From: a bacterium
Lineage (GTDB): Bacteria; Hinthialibacterota; Hinthialibacteria; H5-UNCL2
DNA length: 64,000 bases
Assembly (NCBI GenBank): GCA_015075175.1
Contig: JABTUV010000001.1
Coordinates: 1,103,677 to 1,167,676 of the forward strand
Reading direction: 5' to 3'
Below, in pieces: positions 1 to 8,356 of this stretch. Position 1 is the stretch's first letter. Each line of letters begins with the position of its first letter. Under the pieces are notes generated by a model. That model saw only the letters and a list, made by a program, of their open reading frames with translations, did no database searches and was not told where the DNA came from. The translations under genes and the position numbers were made by a program.

Positions 1-92
1 CCGACGGCGGTGGTGGCGATGAGTTCGATCTCGCCGTTGGAGATGTGGATGCAGTTGGGCCATCCGCCCCAGGTGGTCAGTGCTTGTTTCAT
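1..92 (-). CDS. 5' end of a hypothetical protein (partial; N-terminus MKQALTTWGGWPNCIHISNGEIELIATTAV, gene continues off the window)
   Basis: ATG at 92..90 on the minus strand with an open frame running to the window edge; no recognisable motif in this short stretch. Confidence 0.3.
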   Translation of the reverse strand, partial: MKQALTTWGGWPNCIHISNGEIELIATTAV

Positions 93-99
93 GCAGGTT

Positions 100-340
100 C
101 CCCCTCACCCGGCGCTGCGCGCCGACCTCTCCCTCAGGGAGGTGGAATCCTCTCCCTGAGGAGAGAGGTCCCTCTCCCTGAGGGAGGGTTAGTGAGGAGG
201 GTGCGACATCGAGGTTCCCCTCACCCGGCGCTACGCGCCGACCTCTCCCGGGAGGTGAAGAACGCGCTACGCGCCGACCTCTCCCTCCAGGGAGAGGTGA
301 AGAACGCGCTGCGCGCCGACCTCTCCCGTGGGGAGAGGTA
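100..340. repeat. Cluster of GC-rich palindromic REP-like repeats (family B: CGCGCCGACCTCTCCC-N3-7-GGGAGAGG, plus CCCCTCACCC units)
   Basis: At least 5 tandem imperfect copies seen directly. Each copy contains the inverted repeat CCTCTCCC/GGGAGAGG. The same family recurs at 28040-28200. Confidence 0.7.
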
Positions 341-1327
341 TCACTCCGCCGCGCGGCGGTGGCGCAGGCGATCCAGCGCCCCCGCCAACACGATGATAGC
401 ACCGGTAATGATCTCTTGCACCCAATTCGGCACGCCGCTCTGGGAGCATCCCGAGCGGATGACCTCCATGATGAGCGCGCCCACGAGCGTGCCCAGAATG
501 GAACCTTCGCCGCCCGCCAGGCTGCCGCCGCCGATCACGACCGCGGCGATGACCGGCAGCTCGAGGCCCTGCGCTACGGTGGGATCGCCGACCGTCAGGC
601 GCGAGAACTGCAGGAGGCCGGCGATGCCCGCAAATAGCCCCGAGGCGACGTAGACGGTGATTTTCACGCGCGGTACGGGGACGCCGCAAAGGCGCGCCGT
701 CTGCTCGTTGGAGCCGACGGCGAAAACATGCCGGCCCAGGCGCGTGTAACGCAAAAGCCCGGCCACCAGCAGCGCCAGCGCCAGCATGAGCCAGACGCCG
801 CTGGGCACGAGCATCCACCGCTGGCCGCCGCCCAGGGAAGCCAGGAGGTCGTCCAGCCATGCGAGCGACTCGGGCGGCACGTCGATCTTCTGCTCGCGTC
901 CCAGGCCCTTGGCGGCGCCGCGCACGATGAGAAGCGTGCCCAGCGTCACGATGAAAGGCACGACGCGCAGACCCGTAATCAAGGCGCCGTTGAAGAGGCC
1001 GCAAAGCGCGCCGGCCGTGACACCCGCGGCCGCCGCCGTCAACGGTCCGGCGCCGCGCTCCAGCATGGCCGCGATCACCACCGTCGAAAGCGCGATCATC
1101 GAACCCGCCGAGAGATCGATGCCGCCGGCAATGATCACCAGCGTCATGCCCAACGCGGCCGTGCCCACGATGGCGCTCTGCCGCAAGATGGTCTCGACGT
1201 TGCGCAGGCTCAGAAAGCTCTCCGGCACGACGAAGGCGAAGATGGCATAAACGAGCAGGAGACCCAGCAATGGAGCTAGGCGATTGAGCCAGCGCAGGAG
1301 CTCGGATGCCGGCGCGCCGCCGCTCAT
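341..1327 (-). CDS. ABC sugar transporter permease (RbsC/AraH family)
   Basis: About 330 aa with multiple TM segments and a GGIDLSAGS motif. ATGA overlap with the upstream ATPase gene. Confidence 0.8.
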   Translation of the reverse strand: MSGGAPASELLRWLNRLAPLLGLLLVYAIFAFVVPESFLSLRNVETILRQSAIVGTAALGMTLVIIAGGIDLSAGSMIALSTVVIAAMLERGAGPLTAAAAGVTAGALCGLFNGALITGLRVVPFIVTLGTLLIVRGAAKGLGREQKIDVPPESLAWLDDLLASLGGGQRWMLVPSGVWLMLALALLVAGLLRYTRLGRHVFAVGSNEQTARLCGVPVPRVKITVYVASGLFAGIAGLLQFSRLTVGDPTVAQGLELPVIAAVVIGGGSLAGGEGSILGTLVGALIMEVIRSGCSQSGVPNWVQEIITGAIIVLAGALDRLRHRRAAE

Positions 1328-2838
1328 GCCGCCTGCCCTCCCGTCGCCGCCAGCATCAGGCTGTGTTCGTCCCAATCGGAAACGGGTTTCGCCTCGCCCA
1401 GCCGACCGCGCGCCATCACGGCGATGCGGTCCGAGACGCCTAGAAGTTCCGGAAGATAGCTGCTGACAATGAGGACGGCGCAGGGGCGATCCCCCAGTCG
1501 GCCGGCCGCCAGGTCGTCGATGAGTTGATAGATGAGCGCCTTGCTGGCGACGTCGATGCCGCGCGTGGGTTCATCCAGAAGCAGCACGTCGGCGCCGTGA
1601 TGAAGCAGTCGTGCCAGGGCGATCTTCTGCTGGTTGCCGCCGGAAAGATCGCGCACGCGCTGCGACGGTCCGGCGCAGCGGATGCCGAGCCGCTCGATCC
1701 AACGTTGCGTATTATGGTATTGCCGTGACGGAAGGACAAGCAACGGCAGGCGCGAAAGCGTGGCGTTATCGGCCAGCGAAAGCCCGAGCGCCAGCCCCTC
1801 CGCCTTGCGATCCTCCGATAGCATCCCCACTCCCTGGTCCCAGCGCCGCGTCGGCGACGCAACTCCCGTGATCGCCTTGACTCTCACGCTCCCCCGGCGC
1901 ACCGGGTCCAGTCCGAACACGGCGCGCAGAAGTTCGGTGCGTCCCGCGCCTACCAGGCCCGCGATTCCCAGCACTTCGCCGCGCCGCAGCGACAGGCTGG
2001 CGCACTGCGGCCGCGCCGTCCCCGCCAGCTCGCGAATCTCCAGCACCACTTCTCCCGCTTTTCGCTCCGAGCGTGGGTAGAGTTGTTCGACGCGACGGCC
2101 GATCATGTGGCCGACGATGTCCGAGACGCCCGCTTCCGCCGTCGCGCCCGTCGCCACGCAGCGCCCGTCGCGCAGGACCGTGTAGCGGTCGGAGATGCGC
2201 TTGACTTCCTCGATGAAGTGGGAGATGTAAACGATGGCGTGTCCCTGCGACTTCAAGCGCGCGATGACGGCGAACAGGCGCTCGATGTCCTGCCGCGACA
2301 GGCTGCTGGTGGGTTCGTCGAGCACGAGAATCCGGCATCCCACGGCCAGCGCGCGGGCGATCTCAACCAGTTGCTGGAGCCCGACGGAGAGCCGTCGCAC
2401 GGGCAGGTCGAGCGGGATTTCGGGATGCTCCAGTTGGCGGAGCGCGTCCAGCGCGCGACGCCGGACCTCGCCTCGTTGCACGAGACCCCAGCGGCTCGGC
2501 TCCATGCCCAGCGTGATGTTCTCCTCGACCGTGAGGTGTGGGGCGAGCGAGAGTTCCTGGTAGATCATGGCCACGCCGGCGCGGCGCGCCTCCAGGGGAC
2601 GCCGGGGCGCAAACGCCGCGCCGTCGATCAGCATCCGTCCCGCGTCGGGGAGGATCGCGCCCGACAGCACCTTCACCAGCGTGCTCTTGCCCGCTCCGTT
2701 CTCGCCCACCAGGGCGTGCACCTCTCCGGACGCGACGGCGAAGTCCACCCCCTCCAATGCCACGGTGGCGCCGAAGCGCTTGCGGATGCCCCGCATCGCC
2801 AGCCGTGGAACCGTATCCTCTGCGCCTACAGCGTTCAT
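1324..2838 (-). CDS. ABC sugar transporter ATP-binding protein with two nucleotide-binding domains (RbsA/MglA-like)
   Basis: Walker A GENGAGKST plus a duplicated NBD architecture; 504 aa. Confidence 0.85.
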   Translation of the reverse strand: MNAVGAEDTVPRLAMRGIRKRFGATVALEGVDFAVASGEVHALVGENGAGKSTLVKVLSGAILPDAGRMLIDGAAFAPRRPLEARRAGVAMIYQELSLAPHLTVEENITLGMEPSRWGLVQRGEVRRRALDALRQLEHPEIPLDLPVRRLSVGLQQLVEIARALAVGCRILVLDEPTSSLSRQDIERLFAVIARLKSQGHAIVYISHFIEEVKRISDRYTVLRDGRCVATGATAEAGVSDIVGHMIGRRVEQLYPRSERKAGEVVLEIRELAGTARPQCASLSLRRGEVLGIAGLVGAGRTELLRAVFGLDPVRRGSVRVKAITGVASPTRRWDQGVGMLSEDRKAEGLALGLSLADNATLSRLPLLVLPSRQYHNTQRWIERLGIRCAGPSQRVRDLSGGNQQKIALARLLHHGADVLLLDEPTRGIDVASKALIYQLIDDLAAGRLGDRPCAVLIVSSYLPELLGVSDRIAVMARGRLGEAKPVSDWDEHSLMLAATGGQAA

Positions 2839-3814
2839 TCGGCCATCTTGGGGGCCAGCAGCGCCTGCGCCTCGGGCGTGTTCATGTTCCGGCGCGTCAC
2901 GATCATCACGCCCGTATCGATGCGCTTCTCCACCGCCGCGCCGGAAAGATGTGCGACCATCGTCTTCACGGCCAGATAGCCCATCTTATAGGGATTCTGA
3001 AGCGTCAGGGCATCCAGATGGCCCTGGCGCAGGGCGTCGACCAGTTGCGGCGAACTGTCAAAGCCGATGAAGCGCACCTTGCCGGCCAGACCGCCGTCGC
3101 GCAGCGCGCGCAACATGCCGAAGGTGGACGACTCGTTGGGGCAAAAGATGCCGTCGATGGTCAGCGAGCCGTCGCCCACGCGCAACGGGGCCAGGAGATT
3201 TTCGCTCGCCTTGTAGGCCGATTCGGTCGTGGGGCCGGCGTACTGATTGGCGCTGATGACCTGAATGCCGGGATGGGCGGCGATGGCCTCCAGGAACCCT
3301 GCTCGCGCTGGCTGGTGCTGTCGGAGCCTTCCTGGTAGCGCAACACGGCCAGCGTGCCGCTCACTCCCACCAGCCGCGCCATTTCTTCTCCTGCCAGCCG
3401 GCCTCCCATCCTGTTGTCGGTCGCCACGAAGCTGACGTAATCTTCGCTCTTGAGTCCCGAGTCGAAGATGACGACGGGAATGCCGGCCTTGACGGCATCC
3501 GCCACGGGCGCGCGCAGGGCGGTATCGTCCAGCGGCGCCAAGACGATGCCGGAGACCCGGCGCGAGATGAAGTCCTCGACGACGGAAATCTGCTGGTCCC
3601 GGTCGTCTTCCTTCAGCGGGCCTTTCCAGATGATCGCCACGCCCAGTTCGGCGCCCGCGTCGGCGGCGCCGGCGTGCACGGACTTCCAGAACTCGTGCGT
3701 CGTGCCCTTGGGAATCACGGCGATGGTGGTCTTGTCGGGCTTTCCCCCGCAGGAGGAGAACAGGCACACGCCGGCCGACAGGAGAGACGCGAGAAGGAGA
3801 GACTTGCGCATCAT
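2835..3814 (-). pseudogene. Periplasmic sugar-binding lipoprotein (RbsB-like PBP) with an apparent -1 frameshift near 3295
   Basis: The N-terminal part (lipoprotein signal LLLASLLSAGVCLFSSCGG and PBP N-lobe) and the C-terminal part (PBP C-lobe) lie in two different frames that join at ...REQG|FLEA. A single missing T in GGTTCC explains the break. Confidence 0.7.
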
Positions 3815-4065
3815 CGTGGGTACCGCCTGGATGAGATTACGTATCACGATACTAACGAGTCGGGGCGGCGTCAATGCGTTGCAAGGGTCCCGTATCCAGC
3901 TGCGGGAATCTCAGCAGTGAGGGGCTGAAGCCGCGGACGCCCGGGCGCATACTGGCGCGGCGGCCAGCAGCCGCACTCCACACTGGTTTCCGGCTTGACA
4001 GCGCCGCGGCAGCGTCCATCATGGCAGTCCCTCGCTCAAGTTCCACACCAGGTGGAGGTGCACTC

Positions 4066-4518
4066 GTGAACCTCGAGCTCTTCGCAGCCCTGCTCATGCG
4101 CTGGGCGCACATCCTGGCGGCCATCGTGGCGCTGGGCGGTTCGATCTTCTTCCGATTTGTGTTCCTGCCGGCGGCGGGCGCATGTCTAACCGGCGACCAG
4201 TCGGCGCGATTGCGGCAGACCTTCATGGTCCGCTGGAAGCGCATCGTGCACACCTGCATCGCCCTTTTTCTCATCAGCGGCCTTTACAATTATCTCGTCA
4301 TCCAGAGGCCCCAACACGAGGGGCAGGCGCTGTATCACGCCCTTTTCGGCGTCAAGTTCCTCCTGGCCCTGGCGGTGTTCTACCTGGCCCTGGCGCTCAC
4401 GGCCTCCGGCGCGTTCGGCTCGAGCTTGCGGCGCCGCGCGGCCTACTGGCTGGCGATGTTGGTCGCGTTGGCCGTGATCGTGGTCCTGATCTCGGGTTAC
4501 ATGCGCACCGCGTTCTGA
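4066..4518 (+). CDS. Hypothetical integral membrane protein (4 TM)
   Basis: Hydrophobic segments in ORF 3874..4518; the start is uncertain (GTG 4066 or ATG 4021). Confidence 0.45.
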   Translation: MNLELFAALLMRWAHILAAIVALGGSIFFRFVFLPAAGACLTGDQSARLRQTFMVRWKRIVHTCIALFLISGLYNYLVIQRPQHEGQALYHALFGVKFLLALAVFYLALALTASGAFGSSLRRRAAYWLAMLVALAVIVVLISGYMRTAF

Positions 4519-4593
4519 AACCGGCGAAAGCGCAAGATCCCTCAAATCCGCGCCAACCCTCCTATCAGTGGAACACTGACAGGAGGGACCTCC

Positions 4594-5829
4594 ATGCCCA
4601 AGCGCAGTCGCATCGCCCTGGCGGTTGGGGCGATTCTTCTCTTCTCCATCGTCGGGGGCGCGTCCGGCCTGATCCGCAAGGAGCAGATCGAGGACGCCTA
4701 CGTCCGCAAGCCGTCGGACGGCATGGCCGGCACGCTCACCGTCGCCCACGTCAAAAGCAGTACCGGGACCAATACGCTGGGCGGCAACGTCGATCTCGCC
4801 CACAGTTCACAACCCACCCTCACCTTTCGCTCCAACGACGCCGCGACCGCCCAGCCGGACGGCTTCATCAACTGGTACGGCGCGACCTGGGGCGCCGGCG
4901 TGGTCTCCAATCTGGCTCGCATCGTCGGCGGCAAGGACGGCACGACCGACAACCAGCAACGCGGGTTCCTTTCCTTCCACACGTTGCGGGACGGCGACAA
5001 CACGCTGTGGGAATGGGTCAGATTGCATCAGAGCGGCTTCTTGGAGCTGGAGGGGCGCGCGTCCGCCGGCGCCTGGTCCGTTCCGCTCGTCATTTCCAAC
5101 AAAGTCGCCGCCGACAACACCGGCGCGGGGCTGGCCTTCAGCCTGCGCGGAGACCTCGACCCCGCCCTCTACCAGAAGTGCATGATCGTTCTGGACGGCG
5201 TCAACGATGGTGGACTCGGTTGGGGCAGAGGATACCTCAAAATCCTGATGAACAACACCTCCTCAAGCGTCAATGCGACCCTCTCAGACGCGGTACTGAC
5301 CATCGACAACCTCGGCAATCTCTCGACCGTAGCCGACTACACGCTGGGCGACGCGGGCGGCGATCAGGGGCGGCTGCACGGCGGCGTCACCATCGGGACC
5401 ACGACCGGCGCGAACACCTGCAAGGTCGTGGGGCGGCTTGAGGGCTACGTCATCCCGCTGGTCTTTTCCACGACGGACGAGACGATCTCGGGCGGCGGTT
5501 ACGGCTACTACGGGGCGCTGCGCGGCGACGGCTCGCGGGGCTGGGTGGCCCCCGGCGCCGGTTCGGTGTGCGCCGTCTCCGGCAGCTACGCGACGACCGC
5601 GCTGGCCAACGACATCGAAGTGCGACGCAACGGCACGAGTCTCTGGTCCGTCGGCGTCCAGTCGGAACAGGCGCTGGCGGACGTATACAAGAGCCGGGCC
5701 AAGGACTCGGCGGCGTTTTCCAAGGGCGACCACATCGAAGTGTATTTCGGGGCCGGCGTCTACAACTCGGTCATTACGGTGTTGGTCGCAGTGGACACCT
5801 GGGACGACGACGGAGTGGAGGAGAACTGA
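4594..5829 (+). CDS. N-terminally anchored, Gly-rich secreted protein; possibly phage tail-fibre or receptor-binding-like
   Basis: N-terminal TM/signal segment RIALAVGAILLFSIVGGASG, 411 aa, Gly/Thr/Ser-rich beta-type composition; sits immediately upstream of a lysis-like cassette. Confidence 0.45.
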   Translation: MPKRSRIALAVGAILLFSIVGGASGLIRKEQIEDAYVRKPSDGMAGTLTVAHVKSSTGTNTLGGNVDLAHSSQPTLTFRSNDAATAQPDGFINWYGATWGAGVVSNLARIVGGKDGTTDNQQRGFLSFHTLRDGDNTLWEWVRLHQSGFLELEGRASAGAWSVPLVISNKVAADNTGAGLAFSLRGDLDPALYQKCMIVLDGVNDGGLGWGRGYLKILMNNTSSSVNATLSDAVLTIDNLGNLSTVADYTLGDAGGDQGRLHGGVTIGTTTGANTCKVVGRLEGYVIPLVFSTTDETISGGGYGYYGALRGDGSRGWVAPGAGSVCAVSGSYATTALANDIEVRRNGTSLWSVGVQSEQALADVYKSRAKDSAAFSKGDHIEVYFGAGVYNSVITVLVAVDTWDDDGVEEN

Positions 5830-6090
5830 TGAACAACCGGATCATGTTCGGAGTTGCGTTGCTGGTGGGCGTGGGGGTGTGGGAGGGCGTGTTCGCGCAG
5901 AGCCAGCGGCCGCGCGCGCTGGCTGAATCCGGCCTTGGCGGAGGCGCTCAACGCCGAGCCGGCGGACGTGGTGGTCGAATATCTCTTGTCGGCGATGTCG
6001 CCGGCGGCGGTCGACGAGGCGACGGCGGCGCTGGCGGCGCGCTATCTTGTCCCGCGCGCGAGCGTCTGGAAGAGCGCCGGCGGCGCTTGA
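5829..6090 (+). pseudogene. Small secreted hypothetical protein, frameshifted near 5900
   Basis: Signal peptide MNNRIMFGVALLVGVGVWEGVFA in one frame; a protein-like continuation WLNPALAEALNAEPADVVVEYLLSAMSPAAVDEATAALAARYLV in another frame. Confidence 0.3.
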
Positions 6091-6175
6091 GGAGACCGAG
6101 CGCAAGTTGGACCAGGGCGTGATCGTGTCCGACTCGACCCAGGACGCGACGGGCGCCGCCTCTCCCGGCTTCTCA

Positions 6176-6621
6176 ATGAGCGTGGAACTGGACTTTGCGC
6201 TTTCGCCGCACGTGCGCGCGGCGGAAACCGCCTGCTGCTGCGGGCGCTGTGGGTTGTGGCGCGTCTCCGCTGGAGGTGTTAAGCCTGTTCGAGACTTTGC
6301 GGGCGGCGGTCAATCAGGCGCGACGGCGCGCCGGCCGACGGCAAGCGGGCTGACCATCACTTCCGGCGTGCGTTGCGGCGCCCACCAGCAGCGAGTCAAC
6401 CCCGGTTCCTGCATCGCATGCACGTGCCCGGCTCGGACGGCCTGGGCCACGCCTTGGACGTGGCGGCGCCGCGCGACCTGCCGGTGGCGCGCTTTTTCGC
6501 TCTGGCGGAAGCCGTCGCGGCAGAGTTCCCGCAGGCAGGGTTGGGTTTTTACCCGCGCCGCGCCTTCGTGCACCTGGACGACGGCGCGGGCTTGCCGGCG
6601 GGCCGCAGGTGGACGGAGTGA
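6176..6621 (+). pseudogene. Peptidase M15 / DUF882-family cell-wall peptidase (endolysin-like) with at least 3 frameshifts
   Basis: Three fragments in different frames together rebuild the family pattern: FALSPHVRAAETACCCGRCG, then SPLEVLSLFETLRAAVN, then LTITSGVRCGAHQQRVNPGS, and finally S-HRMHVPGSDGLGHALDV...GLGFYPRRAFVHLDDG...RRW. This matches C-x-CG...itSGyRc..hN..vGG..SxH..G.A.D...GiG.Y...FvHvD.R...W. Confidence 0.5.
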
Positions 6622-6914
6622 AGGCGTTTCTCTCCCTCCTGTTTTCCGCGCTCATCGCGGCGGTGCAACGCTGGTGGAACGCGCGCCGGGAGTCGGCGGC
6701 GCGCGCGGAGGCGGAGCGGCTGCGCGATGCCCTGGCCTCCGTCGGCGATGCGCGCGCGCTGGAGGAGGACTTGCACAGGCGCGCGCAAGGCTACCCGCCG
6801 GCGAGTACTCCAACCGCCGGCCAACGGCGCGTCGATCTCGCCACGGGGCGCATTCAAGTCTGGACGGGAACCGAGTGGCGGGAACTCTCCGGCCACGAGC
6901 CATTCTTTCCATGA
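6609..6914 (+). CDS. i-spanin (Rz)-like protein: N-terminal TM followed by a coiled coil
   Basis: TM segment AFLSLLFSALIAAV followed by a charged helical region. Overlaps the peptidase stop and overlaps the next ORF start by ATGA. Confidence 0.4.
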   Translation: MDGVKAFLSLLFSALIAAVQRWWNARRESAARAEAERLRDALASVGDARALEEDLHRRAQGYPPASTPTAGQRRVDLATGRIQVWTGTEWRELSGHEPFFP

Positions 6915-7219
6915 AACCGCTGCTGACGGTGTGCCTCGCTCTCGCGTTGGCGGTCGCGTCGCCGGGTTGCGGGACGGCGCGCCCCGCGCGCATCGGACCG
7001 CTTCTACCCATCCTGCCGCATCCCGCAGCGCCCGCGTTGGCCCAGGTCTCCGCCGCCGAGCTGGCTTTAGTCTCGCCCGAGACCGCCGCCCGCCTCCTCT
7101 CCCGCGACGCCGCACTCCAGGAGCACATCGGCCGCTACCGCGACGTGGTGGAAACCTACAACACCTGGGCGCGGGAACAGAATCGACAGCATGGTTACGA
7201 AAGGAGCCATCTACCGTGA
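6911..7219 (+). CDS. o-spanin (Rz1)-like small lipoprotein or secreted protein
   Basis: Signal peptide ending LALAVASPGC (non-canonical lipobox), 102 aa, Pro-rich; the ATGA start overlap is typical of Rz/Rz1 pairs. Confidence 0.35.
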   Translation: MKPLLTVCLALALAVASPGCGTARPARIGPLLPILPHPAAPALAQVSAAELALVSPETAARLLSRDAALQEHIGRYRDVVETYNTWAREQNRQHGYERSHLP

Positions 7220-7398
7220 AACCCTGGTATCGACAGATGACCTTCTGGACGGCAATCGCCGCGATCGTGACGGCGGTCGGCGGACTCTGGTCCGGAGCGC
7301 TGACCGAAGAGCAGATCGACGCGCTGGTCCTGTCGTTGGTCGCTCTCTCGCAGATTTTCCTGCGACGCGCGGTCAACGAAACCGCCGGCGGCAAGTAG
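7217..7398 (+). CDS. Holin-like small membrane protein (53-60 aa, 2 TM)
   Basis: Hydrophobic segments TFWTAIAAIVTAVGGLW and ALVLSLVALSQIF with a charged C-terminus; position inside the lysis-like cassette. Confidence 0.35.
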
Positions 7399-7429
7399 CC
7401 CTCTCGCCGCCGGACGGTCGGACATGGGG

Positions 7430-7466
7430 AAGGCCCCGGGCGCCAACGTCCGGGGCCTTCTCTTGT
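7430..7466 (+). terminator. Rho-independent terminator-like hairpin
   Basis: GGCCCCGG-gcgccaacgt-CCGGGGCC followed by TTCTCTTG. Confidence 0.5.
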
Positions 7467-7617
7467 AGGGTCGGTTCCACCCACCAACGCCTTCCTGCCG
7501 GTGGTACGTAAGACCCCACCCTGCGGGCTGCGCAAGAATTGCGCGCCCCCTCCTGCCCCCCGTGTGACGTTCATGCGCAGCACCGGCGTAACACTCGAGA
7601 ATTCCATCCGTTAATTC

Positions 7618-7633
7618 TGGCACGAGGCTTGCT
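7618..7633 (+). promoter_or_regulatory. Sigma-54 (RpoN) -24/-12 promoter
   Basis: TGGCAC-gaggc-TTGCT is an exact GG-N10-GC match. It lies about 75 bp upstream of the 7710 start and reads toward the secretion cluster. Confidence 0.6.
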
Positions 7634-7709
7634 CCCATAAGACGGCAGAGCGGAGGACCCGATAGCCTGCCGCTCAATATTTTTACCCCTTGGGGGAGGA
7701 GAAGGTACG

Positions 7710-8282
7710 ATGGGCAAATTGATTCGCAGCAGTGTAGCGGCAGGGTTTGTACTGTTCCTGTGCCTGGCCAGTGGCGTGGCGATGGCACAGGAAGAGGGCC
7801 AGCGCGGGCAGCGCGGCCTGCGGGGCGGCCCGGGCGGCCAGTTCGATCCGCAGCAGATGCGCGAGCGCATGATGGAGAGTATGCGTGAGCAACTCGGCGC
7901 CACCGACGAGGCGGAATGGAACGTGATCCAGCCGCTTCTGTCCAGCGTGGTGGAAAAGCGTTTTGAGACGCAGCGCAATCGGATGCGCATGGGCGCGGGC
8001 ATGTTCGCCCGCGGCGGGCGCGGCGGCGGGCCGGCCGGTCCCGGCGGTCCTGGCGGCCCTCGCGGCGGCTTCTTCGGTGAACCCAGCGCCGAGCAGACCG
8101 CTCTCGGCAACCTGTTGGAGTCTCCCAACGCCAAGAGCTCCGACATCAAGAGCGCGCTCAAGAACCTGCGCGACGCGCGCAAGAAGCAGGAAGCCGAGCT
8201 GGAGAAGGCCTGCGAGGACCTCAAGAAGGTCCTCTCCGTCAAGCAGGAAGCCCAGCTGGTACTCATGGGAGTGCTGGACTGA
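7710..8282 (+). CDS. Periplasmic Spy/CpxP-family (LTXXQ-like) protein
   Basis: Signal peptide, all-helical charged composition, Gly-rich linker; 190 aa. Confidence 0.55.
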   Translation: MGKLIRSSVAAGFVLFLCLASGVAMAQEEGQRGQRGLRGGPGGQFDPQQMRERMMESMREQLGATDEAEWNVIQPLLSSVVEKRFETQRNRMRMGAGMFARGGRGGGPAGPGGPGGPRGGFFGEPSAEQTALGNLLESPNAKSSDIKSALKNLRDARKKQEAELEKACEDLKKVLSVKQEAQLVLMGVLD

Positions 8283-8335
8283 GGCGCGCCCGTAGTTGCG
8301 CAGCGCGCTGCGCGCGGCCTCTGCCGGCGATAGGG
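8283..8335. repeat. GC palindrome of family C (GTAGTTGCGCAGCGC|GCGCTGCGC)
   Basis: Perfect 9-bp inverted repeat directly after the stop codon. Confidence 0.5.
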
Positions 8336-8356
8336 CGAACTTTGCGCGGGGACAGC

